Shown here piece after piece: positions 28,636 to 40,428 of a DNA stretch of 64,000 bases. A program made the position numbers and the translations under genes. Source of the DNA: Gammaproteobacteria bacterium (GTDB taxonomy: Bacteria > Pseudomonadota > Gammaproteobacteria > Pseudomonadales > PIVM01). Location of the stretch: contig PIVM01000017.1 in assembly GCA_003353945.1 (NCBI GenBank), forward strand, positions 430 through 64,429. Direction: 5' to 3'. The notes beneath the pieces are model-generated. The model was not told the DNA's origin. It ran no database searches and was given only the letters and a program-made list of their open reading frames with translations. The first letter of the stretch is position 1; the number at the start of each line of letters is the position of its first letter.

Positions 28636-29847
28636 ATGTCTCAATCTGCCCTGCCTGTGTTAATACTTTGTTCGAAGGCGGACAAACGTCTGCGAAATGG
28701 GCATCAATGGATTTATTCCAATGAAGTAGATAAGGGGCGGACACCCTTAACTGATTTTGAAACTGGTGTATTGGCGAGCGTACAAAATGCGCAGGGGAAA
28801 ACGCTCGGTGTGGCGACAATCAATCCACATACTTTGATTTGTGCTCGAATGATGAGCCGCAAAGCGAATTGTCGACTGAATCGGGCATTTTTTGTCGATC
28901 GTATTAACAGAGCCCTTAAACTGCGGGAGGAATATTTCTCTTTGCCCTTTTATCGCCTGGTTTATGGCGACAGTGATGGTCTTTCCGGTCTAGTAATTGA
29001 TCGCTTTGGTGATACCTTGGTTGTGCAAATAAGCACTGCCGGGATGGAGCGTGTAAAGGAGGATATCATCAAGGCAATTTGCCAAGTGCTAAAACCGCGA
29101 GCTGTTCTGTTAAAAAATGATTCCGCCATGCGTGAAAGTGAAGGGCTTCCTAGCTATATTGAAGAGGCGTGGGGAGACGTCATGGATTTGGTGCAGATCG
29201 AAGAAAACGACACGCAATTTCTGGTGCCGGTTAAGCAAGGTCAAAAAACGGGCTGGTTTTATGATCACCGTGTCAGCCGGGCGCTCTTACAAAAAACGGT
29301 CAGAGGTAAACGCGTATTGGATTTATTCAGTTATGTCGGTGCCTGGGGAATTGAGGCGCTGGTGGCGGGAGCCAAGTCTAGCGTTTGTGTTGATTCCTCA
29401 TCGCAGGCCTTGGAGTGGGCGCAACAAAATGCTGGCCTAAACGGGGTTGCAGATCAATTGACTACCTTAAAAGACAATGCATTTGATGCCGCTCAAAACC
29501 TGTTAAGTGACGGTGAGCGTTTTGATGTGGTGGTGGTTGATCCTCCGGCTTTTATCAAGCGTCGAAAGGATCTGCATCAAGGGGAGCGGGCTTACCGGCG
29601 TGTTAACGAATTGGCGTTACGCTTGCTGGAAAAGGATGGGTTGCTGGTGTCCGCTTCATGCTCTATGCATATGAGCAGAGCAATGTTGGTGGATGCGCTT
29701 CGAGGCGCTGCACGCCATGTCGATCGCGGCGTGCAAATTATCTCCCAGGGCTATCAGGGGCCAGATCACCCGATCCATCCAGCGATGAGTGAAACGGAAT
29801 ACTTAAAGGCATTGTTTGCTCGCAATACCGGTGGACTAACCCCTTAA
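28636..29847 (+). CDS. rlmI: 23S rRNA (cytosine1962-C5)-methyltransferase
   Basis: 403 aa. A PUA-like N-terminus (KRLRNGHQWIYSNEV), QKTGWFYDHR, a SAM-binding region VLDLFSYVGAWG, and VVDPPAF. Confidence 0.85.
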   Translation: MSQSALPVLILCSKADKRLRNGHQWIYSNEVDKGRTPLTDFETGVLASVQNAQGKTLGVATINPHTLICARMMSRKANCRLNRAFFVDRINRALKLREEYFSLPFYRLVYGDSDGLSGLVIDRFGDTLVVQISTAGMERVKEDIIKAICQVLKPRAVLLKNDSAMRESEGLPSYIEEAWGDVMDLVQIEENDTQFLVPVKQGQKTGWFYDHRVSRALLQKTVRGKRVLDLFSYVGAWGIEALVAGAKSSVCVDSSSQALEWAQQNAGLNGVADQLTTLKDNAFDAAQNLLSDGERFDVVVVDPPAFIKRRKDLHQGERAYRRVNELALRLLEKDGLLVSASCSMHMSRAMLVDALRGAARHVDRGVQIISQGYQGPDHPIHPAMSETEYLKALFARNTGGLTP

Positions 29848-30492
29848 GCTGATAATCGGCCAGTCGCGTTTTTCGGCGATATGAGTGAGTTGCTCATCCG
29901 GGTCCACAGCTATCGGATTATCGACCAACACCAATAATGGTAAGTCATTATGAGAGTCGCTGTAAAAGTAACTGTCTAGCAGGTCATTGCCGGTTTCAGC
30001 CAGCCACTCCCGTAAACGAATCACCTTGCCTTCCTGGAAACAAGGCGTGCCCTCTAGTTCCCCGGTATAAGACTTTCCATCGAAAGCCGGTTCCGTGGCC
30101 AGCAGATTTTCGATGCCAAGCGCCTTGGCGATGGGTTCAGTAATAAAACTGTTGGTCGCAGTGATAATCAATAGCGTATCGCCAGCCTTGCGGTGGCGGT
30201 CCAATAAATGATCAGCTTGTGCCAGGCGCATGGGTGCTATTTTTTGGGCCATAAACTCTTGGCGCCATTGTTGAAGTTGCGCTAGCGGATGAGCTGACAA
30301 GGGTTTTAGCGCAAAGGTCTGATAGGCATAAATATCCAGGCGGCCGGCCTGATAGTCAGCGTAAAATTTGTCGTTGGCTTGTTTGTAGCTCACGGGATCA
30401 ACGATGGAATTTTCAACTAAAAATTCGCCCCAAGCATGATCGCTATCCCCGTTTATTAGCGTGTTATCCAGATCAAAGATGGCCAGGCTCAC
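29836..30492 (-). CDS. HAD-IB family hydrolase (SerB-like phosphatase fold)
   Basis: 218 aa with DLDNTL (motif I), ITATN (motif II) and SDSHNDLPLL (motif III/IV). Its 3' end overlaps the rlmI 3' end by 12 nt. Confidence 0.75.
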   Translation of the reverse strand: MSLAIFDLDNTLINGDSDHAWGEFLVENSIVDPVSYKQANDKFYADYQAGRLDIYAYQTFALKPLSAHPLAQLQQWRQEFMAQKIAPMRLAQADHLLDRHRKAGDTLLIITATNSFITEPIAKALGIENLLATEPAFDGKSYTGELEGTPCFQEGKVIRLREWLAETGNDLLDSYFYSDSHNDLPLLVLVDNPIAVDPDEQLTHIAEKRDWPIISLRG

Positions 30493-30708
30493 AGAAACTC
30501 CAAAATGCGACTAAACTAGAATAGGTGATAAGAATACCGATAAGTTGAATTCAGCTCAAACGTAGTATGCCGTAGAGAATAGATAGGATACTATTTTGCT
30601 TGAGAGATGAACAGGTTAAGCCAATGTTTCATGGTATTGCCGGTTGTCCGGTAGCAACACTTCGTGAAACAATAGCCGTCATTTATAAAACAGTGAGTAG
30701 GTGCAAAG

Positions 30709-31203
30709 GTGATAGATGCCGACGGCTTTCGGCCAAATGTAGGTATTATGCTAGCCAATAACCATGGACAGGTATTTTGGGCGCGTCGTATTGGTCAGGA
30801 TGCGTGGCAGTTTCCTCAAGGAGGCATTCGTCAACACGAAAAGCCAGAGGAGGCGCTTTTTCGTGAATTAAATGAAGAGATCGGCTTATCGGGTCAGGAT
30901 GTCAGCATTATCGACTGCACCAAGGGGTGGTTGCGATATCGTTTGCCACAACGACTGGTGCGTCGTGATTCGAATCCGGTTTGCATCGGGCAAAAACAAA
31001 AGTGGTTTTTATTGCAAATGCTGGCTGATGAGGATCAGATCCGTTTCGATCAGGGAGAGTCTCCTGAATTTGATGATTGGCAATGGGTGAGTTATTGGTA
31101 TCCCATTGGGCAAGTCGTATCGTTTAAGAGAGAAGTTTATCGTCGGGCTATGAAGGAACTTGCCCCGGTTTATAGCCGCCTGGTGGGCAGGCAAAAGATA
31201 TAA
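30709..31203 (+). CDS. rppH: RNA pyrophosphohydrolase (Nudix)
   Basis: GTG start. N-terminus [15 protein letters not shown]. Nudix box [23 protein letters not shown]. It is followed by ptsP, as in many gammaproteobacteria. Confidence 0.93.
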   Translation: MIDADGFRPNVGIMLANNHGQVFWARRIGQDAWQFPQGGIRQHEKPEEALFRELNEEIGLSGQDVSIIDCTKGWLRYRLPQRLVRRDSNPVCIGQKQKWFLLQMLADEDQIRFDQGESPEFDDWQWVSYWYPIGQVVSFKREVYRRAMKELAPVYSRLVGRQKI

Positions 31204-31211
31204 GAGGGGAT

Positions 31212-33488
31212 ATGCTTAGTTCACTGCGAAGCATTGTACAGGAGGTTAATACCGCCAAAGATCTAAAGGCCGCCCTGGATATTATTGTATGCCGTGTCAG
31301 GGAAGTGATGCTGACTGAAGTCTGTACGGTCTATATGAGAGATCCATCTCTCCAGCGTTATGTGTTGTTGGCGACTGAAGGGTTGAACAAGGCCATTGTG
31401 GGGCAGTACAGTTTGGCCGTGGGGGAAGGGCTTGTTGGTCATGTGGCACAGCGCGAAGAACCGATAAATCTTGAGGATGCCTCTTCCCATCCCAAGTTTC
31501 AATTTTTGCCCGATTCGGGCGAAGAAAAATACCAATCTTTTCTAGGTGCTCCCATTATTCATCATCGTGAGGTGTTGGGAGTATTGGTTGTGCAGCAGAC
31601 CAAACGCCGCCGTTTTGACGAGAGTGAGGAAGCTTTTCTGGTGACCGTGTCAGCGCAATTAGCTGCGGTTATTGCACATGCCAGAGCCACGGGCGCCATT
31701 GCTAGATTACCGGGTATGCCGGTTAGCGGTTTTGAGAGTGTCAAGTTTACCGGCGTTGCTGGTGCTGCAGGTGTTGCTATCGGTACTGCGGTAGTGGCAT
31801 CGCCGCCGGCAGACCTTCACTCAGTGCCTTTTCGAAGCTGCAGTGACCCTATTTCGGAATTGTCGTTCTTTAATGAGTGTGTGCAAGCTGTTCGTGAGGA
31901 CATGCTTTATCTGGGATCCAAGCTAAGCCATCAATTGGGGTCGGGTGAGCAAGCCCTGTTTGATGTCTACGTGGGCATGCTGGATGACAAAGAACTGCGT
32001 AAAGAGGTGTCTGATCGAATCAAGACCGGAGAGTGGGCGCAGGGGGCCTGGAGTGCAGTCATACTGTCGCATGTTCAGACCTTTGAGTTGATGGAAGATC
32101 CCTATCTCAAAGAGCGTGCGGCAGATGTCAGAGACTTGGGACGACGAGTGCTTGCTTATTTGCAGGAGGCGAATCATGAGGTCAGGAAATATCCAGATAA
32201 TATGATTTTGGTCGGTGAAGAACTTACCGCAGCCATATTGGGTGAGGTGCCTGAAAAAAAACTGTGTGGTTTGGTGTCGTTGAAAGGGTCGAGCAACTCG
32301 CATGTTGCGATACTCGCGCGCTCTATTGGTATTCCAACCGTCATGGGTGCGTTGGATTTACCGTTTACACAAATGGATGGCCTAGAGCTGATTGTGGATG
32401 GCTATGACGGCATTGTTTACACAAATGCCTCTAAAGAAATCTATAAGCATTACGAAGATATTTTTGAAGAAGAAAAACTGATTGCACGAGGTTTGGAGTC
32501 ACTTAGAGACCTACCTTGTGAGACAACAGATGGTTATCGTATCCCTTTGCTGGTCAATACGGGTTTGATGGCCGATATAGTGCGGTCTTTGGATCAGGGC
32601 GCAGAAGGTGTGGGACTCTATCGAACTGAAGTGCCGTTTTTGCTCAAGGATCGCTTTCCGGGTGAAGAGGAGCAGCGCCTGAATTATCGTAGTCAGTTGG
32701 AAGCTTTCCATCCTCGTCCAGTCACCATGCGCACGCTGGATATTGGTGGGGACAAATCCCTGCCCTATTTCCCCATAGAAGAGGAAAATCCTTTTTTGGG
32801 TTGGCGTGGTATCAGGGTGACCTTGGACCACCCGGAAATATTTCTGGTGCAGGTTCGTGCAATGCTAAAGGCCAATGAAGGCTTGGATAATCTGCAGATT
32901 ATGTTGCCCATGATTTCTAGCGTACCGGAACTGGAGGAGGCGTTGGAGCTCATTTATCGTGCACATGATGAGCTTGTCGAGGAAGGTTTGCAGGCTGAGC
33001 TGCCTCCGATTGGAGTGATGGTTGAGGTGCCATCAGCCGTTTATCAGGCAGCTGAGTTAGCACGAAGAGTGGACTTTCTTTCGGTCGGTAGCAATGACCT
33101 TACTCAATATTTGCTTGCCGTTGACCGCAATAATGCGCAAGTGGCGGATCTCTATCATTCTTTTCATCCGGCCGTACTAAGAGCCTGTATGCAAGTCGTA
33201 CAGGCGGCTCATAAAGAGGGCAAGAGGGTGTCAATTTGTGGAGAGTTGGCTGGTGACCCTGGAGCAGCTGTGTTATTGATTGCCATGGGGTATGACTCCT
33301 TGTCGATGAATGCCACCAATATTTCAAAGGTGAAATCGGTTCTTCGTTTTGTCTCAATGGAACAGGCGAAAACCATTCTGGATAGAGTTTTGGAATTAGA
33401 AAGTGATCGACATATTCGAGAATTTATTGAAGATAGTTTGAGCGATGTAGGGATAACGCGTTTATTTCGCTCCGGTAGTAGTTATTAA
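31212..33488 (+). CDS. ptsP: Phosphoenolpyruvate-protein phosphotransferase PtsP (EI-Ntr, with N-terminal GAF domain)
   Basis: 758 aa. N-terminal GAF domain, phospho-His region GSSNSHVAILARS, and a PEP-utilising C-terminal barrel (SVGSNDLTQY). Confidence 0.93.
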   Translation: MLSSLRSIVQEVNTAKDLKAALDIIVCRVREVMLTEVCTVYMRDPSLQRYVLLATEGLNKAIVGQYSLAVGEGLVGHVAQREEPINLEDASSHPKFQFLPDSGEEKYQSFLGAPIIHHREVLGVLVVQQTKRRRFDESEEAFLVTVSAQLAAVIAHARATGAIARLPGMPVSGFESVKFTGVAGAAGVAIGTAVVASPPADLHSVPFRSCSDPISELSFFNECVQAVREDMLYLGSKLSHQLGSGEQALFDVYVGMLDDKELRKEVSDRIKTGEWAQGAWSAVILSHVQTFELMEDPYLKERAADVRDLGRRVLAYLQEANHEVRKYPDNMILVGEELTAAILGEVPEKKLCGLVSLKGSSNSHVAILARSIGIPTVMGALDLPFTQMDGLELIVDGYDGIVYTNASKEIYKHYEDIFEEEKLIARGLESLRDLPCETTDGYRIPLLVNTGLMADIVRSLDQGAEGVGLYRTEVPFLLKDRFPGEEEQRLNYRSQLEAFHPRPVTMRTLDIGGDKSLPYFPIEEENPFLGWRGIRVTLDHPEIFLVQVRAMLKANEGLDNLQIMLPMISSVPELEEALELIYRAHDELVEEGLQAELPPIGVMVEVPSAVYQAAELARRVDFLSVGSNDLTQYLLAVDRNNAQVADLYHSFHPAVLRACMQVVQAAHKEGKRVSICGELAGDPGAAVLLIAMGYDSLSMNATNISKVKSVLRFVSMEQAKTILDRVLELESDRHIREFIEDSLSDVGITRLFRSGSSY

Positions 33489-33544
33489 TTGTATAGTCCT
33501 TGAATCTGCATTTTTTTCCTTTTAGACTGCCTGCACATCATAGA

Positions 33545-33670
33545 TTGTCGGGGTGCCGTTTTCGGCTGAGATCATGACGCTGCCATTATTGGTTACGAGT
33601 CAGTAGCCAGCGCAGGTAAATCATGAAGCCCGTTGAACCTGATCGGGGTAGTCCTCGCGTAGGGAACAAT
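33545..33670 (+). promoter_or_regulatory. TPP (THI-box) riboswitch upstream of thiC
   Basis: Contains GGGGUGCC...GGCUGAGA...CCCGUUGAACCUGAUCGGGGUAGUCCUCGCGUAGGGAA, matching the conserved TPP aptamer core (CUGAGA, ACCUGAUC, CGUAGGGA). It ends about 140 nt before the thiC ATG. Confidence 0.88.
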
Positions 33671-33807
33671 TGGTAGTTCGAAAAAATCCTTTTGAAACGG
33701 CATTACAATTCCTTTCTTTGCGATCGCAAGGTTAAATTGGTTTATTCCCTGACATCTTTTTTTCCGCGAATCTACGGATTCAGGTTCAAGTAATAATATA
33801 GGGGTAG

Positions 33808-35742
<1,935 letters not shown>

Positions 35743-36858
35743 ATGAATGTCGGTATTGCCGGAGCTGGAATTATAGGCCGCCTGCTTGCCTGGCATTTGC
35801 TAGAAAAAGGTCATCAGGTGACGCTCTTTGATAAAGACCCTGTTGATTCAGGTTCAGCCGCAGCCTATACCGCAGCCGGGATGCTTACTCCCTACAGTGA
35901 AGCCGAAACGGCCGAACCGCGGGTATTTGATTTGGGCATCGCTTCCCTGCCGCTTTGGCCGCAACTCATTAAGCAGCTGGGTGCGGATGTGCACTACCGC
36001 ACGGGTGGCACCTTGGTTGTGACGCACAGGCAGGATCAGGGCGAATTTAATCGATTTTCAACAACGATTCATCAAAAACTGAATGCTATGCAAGGTCAGT
36101 TTTCCTTGCTTGAGCGGACAGGGATTAATGAGCTGGAACCGGAGTTGTCTGATCATTTCCATCAGGCCCTGTATATGCCCGAGGAAGCCTGGTTGTGCTG
36201 TTGTTGTTTAATGCCGGCCCTCGGTGATGCCTTGATGGCCAGAAAGGTGGCTTGGCATAGCAATACTGAAGTGACAGACGTGTGTGCGGGTGAAATCAGT
36301 GTTAAGGCGCGAAGTGGTACTCGCAGTTACCACTTTGACCATGTGGTGGATTGTCGAGGCATGGGCGCAAAACCACAAATGGACGGTTTGCGTGGCGTGC
36401 GTGGCGAGTTGTTATGGGTGAGGGCACCGGAAGTCAACATTAAACGACTGGTGCGCTTGATGCACCCGCGCTATCGATTGTATGTGGTGCCTCGCCGTGA
36501 TGATCTTTATCTGATAGGAGCTACACAGATTGAAAGCGAGGACTATCGTGAAATCACGGTTCGTTCATCACTTGAATTGCTTTCTGCAGCTTACAGCCTG
36601 CACAGCGGATTTGCGGAGGCAAGGATAGTTGATGCAAAGGTCAATTGTCGTCCGGCCTTGCCGGACAATCAACCCAAGCTGTTTTGGCAGGAAGGCTTGC
36701 TGCGGGTGAATGGTTTGTTTCGCCACGGTTATCTGATGGGGCCAGCGCTTGCTCAGGAGTCAGTCGCCTTGTTGGAACAGGGTAGCAATTACCGTTCATC
36801 GTTTTCCGGATTGATTGATTATGACAATGTTGAAACTGTGATAACAGGAGCGGCTTAA
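35743..36858 (+). CDS. thiO: Glycine oxidase ThiO (FAD-dependent)
   Basis: 371 aa. FAD-binding site VGIAGAGIIGR. The DAO-family layout and its position between thiC and thiS-thiG support the call. It contains an unusual CCCC run (36196-36207). Confidence 0.8.
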   Translation: MNVGIAGAGIIGRLLAWHLLEKGHQVTLFDKDPVDSGSAAAYTAAGMLTPYSEAETAEPRVFDLGIASLPLWPQLIKQLGADVHYRTGGTLVVTHRQDQGEFNRFSTTIHQKLNAMQGQFSLLERTGINELEPELSDHFHQALYMPEEAWLCCCCLMPALGDALMARKVAWHSNTEVTDVCAGEISVKARSGTRSYHFDHVVDCRGMGAKPQMDGLRGVRGELLWVRAPEVNIKRLVRLMHPRYRLYVVPRRDDLYLIGATQIESEDYREITVRSSLELLSAAYSLHSGFAEARIVDAKVNCRPALPDNQPKLFWQEGLLRVNGLFRHGYLMGPALAQESVALLEQGSNYRSSFSGLIDYDNVETVITGAA

Positions 36859-37061
36859 TGATAACGGTGCTGCTGAACGGTGCAGAAAAAACGCTTGAAA
36901 CCACGTGTGTCTTGTGTGAAGCCATACGTCAGTGGGGGTATGACGGTGATAGTTATGCCATCGCGATTAATGAAACCTTTGTTCCTCGAAGTTGTTATGG
37001 GCAGACCGCCTTGCAACAAGGTGACAGTATCGAAGTGGTTAGCCCCTTGCAGGGGGGATAG
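36858..37061 (+). CDS. thiS: Sulfur carrier protein ThiS
   Basis: 67 aa ending in ...VSPLQGG (C-terminal Gly-Gly). TAATG overlap with the thiO stop. Confidence 0.9.
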   Translation: MITVLLNGAEKTLETTCVLCEAIRQWGYDGDSYAIAINETFVPRSCYGQTALQQGDSIEVVSPLQGG

Positions 37062-37075
37062 AAAGGGGGGTAGCT

Positions 37076-37870
37076 ATGAATCTTGTCCAGAATTGGGATA
37101 TTGCCGGCCAATCACTTAACAGTCGTTTGTTTATTGGTAGTGCGTTGTATCCATCACCGGCACTTATGCAGCAGGCGATTAGGGCATCGGCTGCCGATGT
37201 GGTCACCGTCAGTCTGCGACGCCAGAATCCACAGGCAGGTGGAGGTGCGGAATTTTGGCAATTGATCAAAGAGCTGGAGTTGCATGTGCTGCCCAACACG
37301 GCGGGTTGCCATTCTGCCAAAGAAGCTATTACAACAGCGCAGATGGCGCGGGAATTGTTTGATACGCGCTGGATTAAACTGGAAGTCATTGGCGATGACT
37401 ACAATCTTCAGCCCGATCCCTTTCAATTGTTGGAAGCGGCAGCAGAATTGGTTAAGCAGGGCTTTGATGTGTTTCCCTATTGCACGGATGATCTGGTGCT
37501 TTGCCAAAAACTGGTAGAGGTGGGTTGTCAGGTGCTGATGCCCTGGGGTGCGCCCATCGGGACTGGCCAGGGATTACTGAATCCTTATGCATTGCGCACA
37601 ATTCGCGAGAGAATTCCCGACATACCCTTAATTGTGGACGCGGGAATCGGTTTACCGTCTCACGCTGCCCAAGCGATGGAAATGGGTTACGATGGCATAT
37701 TGCTGAATACGGCGGTTGCTCAGGCGGTAGATCCTGTGGCGATGGCCGGTGCCTTTGCCCAGGCTGTTGCAGCGGGGCGATCCGCTTTTCTGGCTGGCGC
37801 CATGGATAAACGTCAAACGGCCCAGCCCAGTACGCCCACGTTAGGGACACCCTTCTGGCACCAGAGTTAG
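37076..37870 (+). CDS. thiG: Thiazole synthase
   Basis: 264 aa with [33 protein letters not shown]. Confidence 0.95.
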   Translation: MNLVQNWDIAGQSLNSRLFIGSALYPSPALMQQAIRASAADVVTVSLRRQNPQAGGGAEFWQLIKELELHVLPNTAGCHSAKEAITTAQMARELFDTRWIKLEVIGDDYNLQPDPFQLLEAAAELVKQGFDVFPYCTDDLVLCQKLVEVGCQVLMPWGAPIGTGQGLLNPYALRTIRERIPDIPLIVDAGIGLPSHAAQAMEMGYDGILLNTAVAQAVDPVAMAGAFAQAVAAGRSAFLAGAMDKRQTAQPSTPTLGTPFWHQS

Positions 37871-37937
37871 TTTTCACAGGTCGGTAATTGATAACAGGAA
37901 TTTTTATCGGCAACAGCTGTGTTTGATGCGATGTTTA

Positions 37938-38804
37938 TTATTGCATTACTCCCAGCGATTGCCCCATCTTTACTTCACGGCCGCTTTGTAACTGCTCGCT
38001 CCATTGCAGTGCCTCTTCACCAAACAGCAGGATAACAGTGGAGCCTAGTTTAAACCGCCCCATCTCATCCCCTTTGTTGAGTTCAAAGTTGATTTGCTGT
38101 TGCTGATAATCCACTCTGCGAATAATGTTTTGCATCGGTTTTACCTGCCCTGCCCAGACGGTTTCAATCCCAGCGACAATCATAGCGCCCACCAGCACCA
38201 TGGCCATGGGTCCGGCGGGTGTTTGAAAAAAACAAACCAGCCGCTCATTGCGGGCAAATAGATTGGGCACATTGTTTGCGGTTTGCTGGTTGACTGAAAA
38301 CAAATCACCCGGGACATAAATCATTTTATCCAGCTTGGCGGCCACGGGCATATGCACGCGGTGGTAATCACGAGGAGAGAGATAAATTGTAATAAACTGT
38401 CCGTTATGAAATGGCGCGGCAAGGTTTTTGTTACCGCCAAGCAATGTGCATGCGTTGTAGAGTTTGCCCTTTGCCTGAAAAATGTCGTCGTTATCAATAG
38501 TGCCCACCTGACTGATGCTGCCATCGGCGGGGCAAGCAATCGAGTTTGCATTGTTATCTATAGGGCGCGCGCCATCCTTTAAAGCACGAGTAAAAAAATC
38601 ATTAAACGTTTCGTAATGTGTCAGTGCAGGTTGCGCAGCTTCATTCATATCGACCTGGAAGTGATGGGCAAAGAGATTGATGAAAGTATTTTTTATCCAG
38701 GTGATTTTTGTATTGGCAAGAAAGCCAGCACAACGCGATAAACCATGTTGTGGTGTCAGGTATTGTAGCCAGATAAACAAGAGTTCTTTCATTGAAGCAA
38801 GCAA
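37938..38804 (-). CDS. psd: Phosphatidylserine decarboxylase proenzyme
   Basis: 288 aa with the self-cleavage motif FKLGSTV and YHRVHMP. Confidence 0.94.
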   Translation of the reverse strand: MLASMKELLFIWLQYLTPQHGLSRCAGFLANTKITWIKNTFINLFAHHFQVDMNEAAQPALTHYETFNDFFTRALKDGARPIDNNANSIACPADGSISQVGTIDNDDIFQAKGKLYNACTLLGGNKNLAAPFHNGQFITIYLSPRDYHRVHMPVAAKLDKMIYVPGDLFSVNQQTANNVPNLFARNERLVCFFQTPAGPMAMVLVGAMIVAGIETVWAGQVKPMQNIIRRVDYQQQQINFELNKGDEMGRFKLGSTVILLFGEEALQWSEQLQSGREVKMGQSLGVMQ

Positions 38805-38812
38805 CCGCTATT

Positions 38813-39646
38813 TTAAGGAGTGACGTTGACGATAGGGGTGTCCAGGCGATTACCCCACTCAGACCAGGAGCCGTCATAGGCCCTGATATTAGGATAATCC
38901 AGCAGTTTTGCTACCAGGTAGCTCAAGCCGGAACGGTGATGTGTTTGACAGTGTGTGATCACCTGTTTGTCTTTTGTAATACCCAGAGTATTCAATTTTG
39001 CCTGGATAGTTTCAAGAGGCAGAAGTTGCAGGCTATTGTTTTTATCCATCATTTCGGTCCACTCGTAATTGATGGCTCCAGGAATATGACCGCCTCGTTG
39101 CGCGTTGACTTTGGTGCCGTCAAACTCCTCCGGTGAGCGAACGTCCCAAATGGCCAGTGAGTCATCGCTCAATAGAGACATGAGTTCTTCGCAAGCAATG
39201 ACAGTGTTTTGCTTAATTGTGTCCACTTCATAATGCGTTGATGTGGGCGCGGTGGGTGATGTTGAAATGGGTTTGTCGGCACTGCGCCATGCCAGTATGC
39301 CACCATCCAAATAGGCGTGGTGTGGGTGTCCGATAGCATCCAGCGTCCAAATTAATCGTCCGGCCCAGCCGCCGCCTTCATCGTCATAAGCAATGACGAT
39401 TTTATCTGGCTCCAGCCCTAAATAACCAAACAGTTTACTAAGGTGTTCTCGGTTGGGTAGTTTACCTGTTGCGGGCTGAATGCCACATACTAGCTTTTCT
39501 GGTGAAAGATGAATGGCGCCGGGGATATGACCTCTGGCATAATTGTCCGCGCTGCTCACATCAAGAATTAGAATACGCTCGTTATCAAGCAGTGGCTCGA
39601 GCTCGGTACTCGAGAGCAGCAACGGTATACCGGGAATGTCATTCAT
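38813..39646 (-). CDS. rhdA: Rhodanese-type thiosulfate sulfurtransferase (RhdA-like, tandem rhodanese domains)
   Basis: 277 aa. The active-site loop HCQTHHRSG matches the Azotobacter/Pseudomonas RhdA loop as I recall it. The gene is adjacent to psd, as in Pseudomonas. Confidence 0.8.
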   Translation of the reverse strand: MNDIPGIPLLLSSTELEPLLDNERILILDVSSADNYARGHIPGAIHLSPEKLVCGIQPATGKLPNREHLSKLFGYLGLEPDKIVIAYDDEGGGWAGRLIWTLDAIGHPHHAYLDGGILAWRSADKPISTSPTAPTSTHYEVDTIKQNTVIACEELMSLLSDDSLAIWDVRSPEEFDGTKVNAQRGGHIPGAINYEWTEMMDKNNSLQLLPLETIQAKLNTLGITKDKQVITHCQTHHRSGLSYLVAKLLDYPNIRAYDGSWSEWGNRLDTPIVNVTP

Positions 39647-39785
39647 GGTCAGGACATCAGCTCTTTAAGGGAAAGGCATTGTACTCAAAGGATTTTGGAA
39701 CGCAAAGAGAATGAACTAACAGGGGATTAAATTAATTACCCGGCATGCCGATAATCTGATGGGTTAAGAAAGAGGGCTTTCACCG

Positions 39786-40403
39786 ATGACAAAACAGATT
39801 TTGGTAGCCAACGCCAAGGGGGGATGTGGTAAAACCACCTTGTTATGTCAATTAGCGGCTTGGTATGCACTGCAAGGCGATTCGGTCGCTATCGTAGATC
39901 ATGATGTTCAATCATCAGCATTGGACTGGTTGAACAATCGCTGCCCTTCTGTTGCTGAAATAAACGGTTACAAACGTAAACAGTGGAATGGTGGCTTGTC
40001 ATCATTTGATGTGGTGTTGCACGATGTGGCAGCCGGTACGCAGGGCAGTGAATTGAAGCGTGTTGCAGCACAATGTGATTATTTATTAATCCCTATCCTG
40101 TCCTCACCAATCGATGTCCGGTCCGCAGTGCGTTTTTTTATGCATCTCAATCGCATTGATTTATTAGGTAATAGCGATCTGCAGATAGGTGTTGTCGCTA
40201 ATCGAGTTAAGCACAATACGCGGTTTAACGGTATGTTACGTCTTTTCTTGCAGCGCAGTGATCTGCCGTTGATCGCAACCATTCGTGATACGCAACTCTA
40301 TGTGAGTGCAATGTCAGATGGCTTGAGCATTTTTGAATTGCCTGCCTACCAGGTTCAATCAGATTTGCGAAGCTGGCGTTTAATGACGGACTGGCTGCAA
40401 TAG
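39786..40403 (+). CDS. Small orphan ParA/MinD-family P-loop ATPase
   Basis: 205 aa with the deviant Walker A motif NAKGGCGKTT and a Walker B-like VVLHDVAAG. No ParB-like partner or parS-like repeat was seen nearby. Confidence 0.75.
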   Translation: MTKQILVANAKGGCGKTTLLCQLAAWYALQGDSVAIVDHDVQSSALDWLNNRCPSVAEINGYKRKQWNGGLSSFDVVLHDVAAGTQGSELKRVAAQCDYLLIPILSSPIDVRSAVRFFMHLNRIDLLGNSDLQIGVVANRVKHNTRFNGMLRLFLQRSDLPLIATIRDTQLYVSAMSDGLSIFELPAYQVQSDLRSWRLMTDWLQ

Positions 40404-40428
40404 CGGGTAGTTGTACAGCCCCGCTGAT

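Noticed and set aside
37039-37913. Cluster of overlapping ORFs on both strands across thiG (116, 117, 153, 102 and 77 aa)
   Set aside because: thiG is unambiguous ([19 protein letters not shown]). The other ORFs are Arg/Pro/Cys-rich frames, typical of off-frame translation of a locally GC-richer gene.
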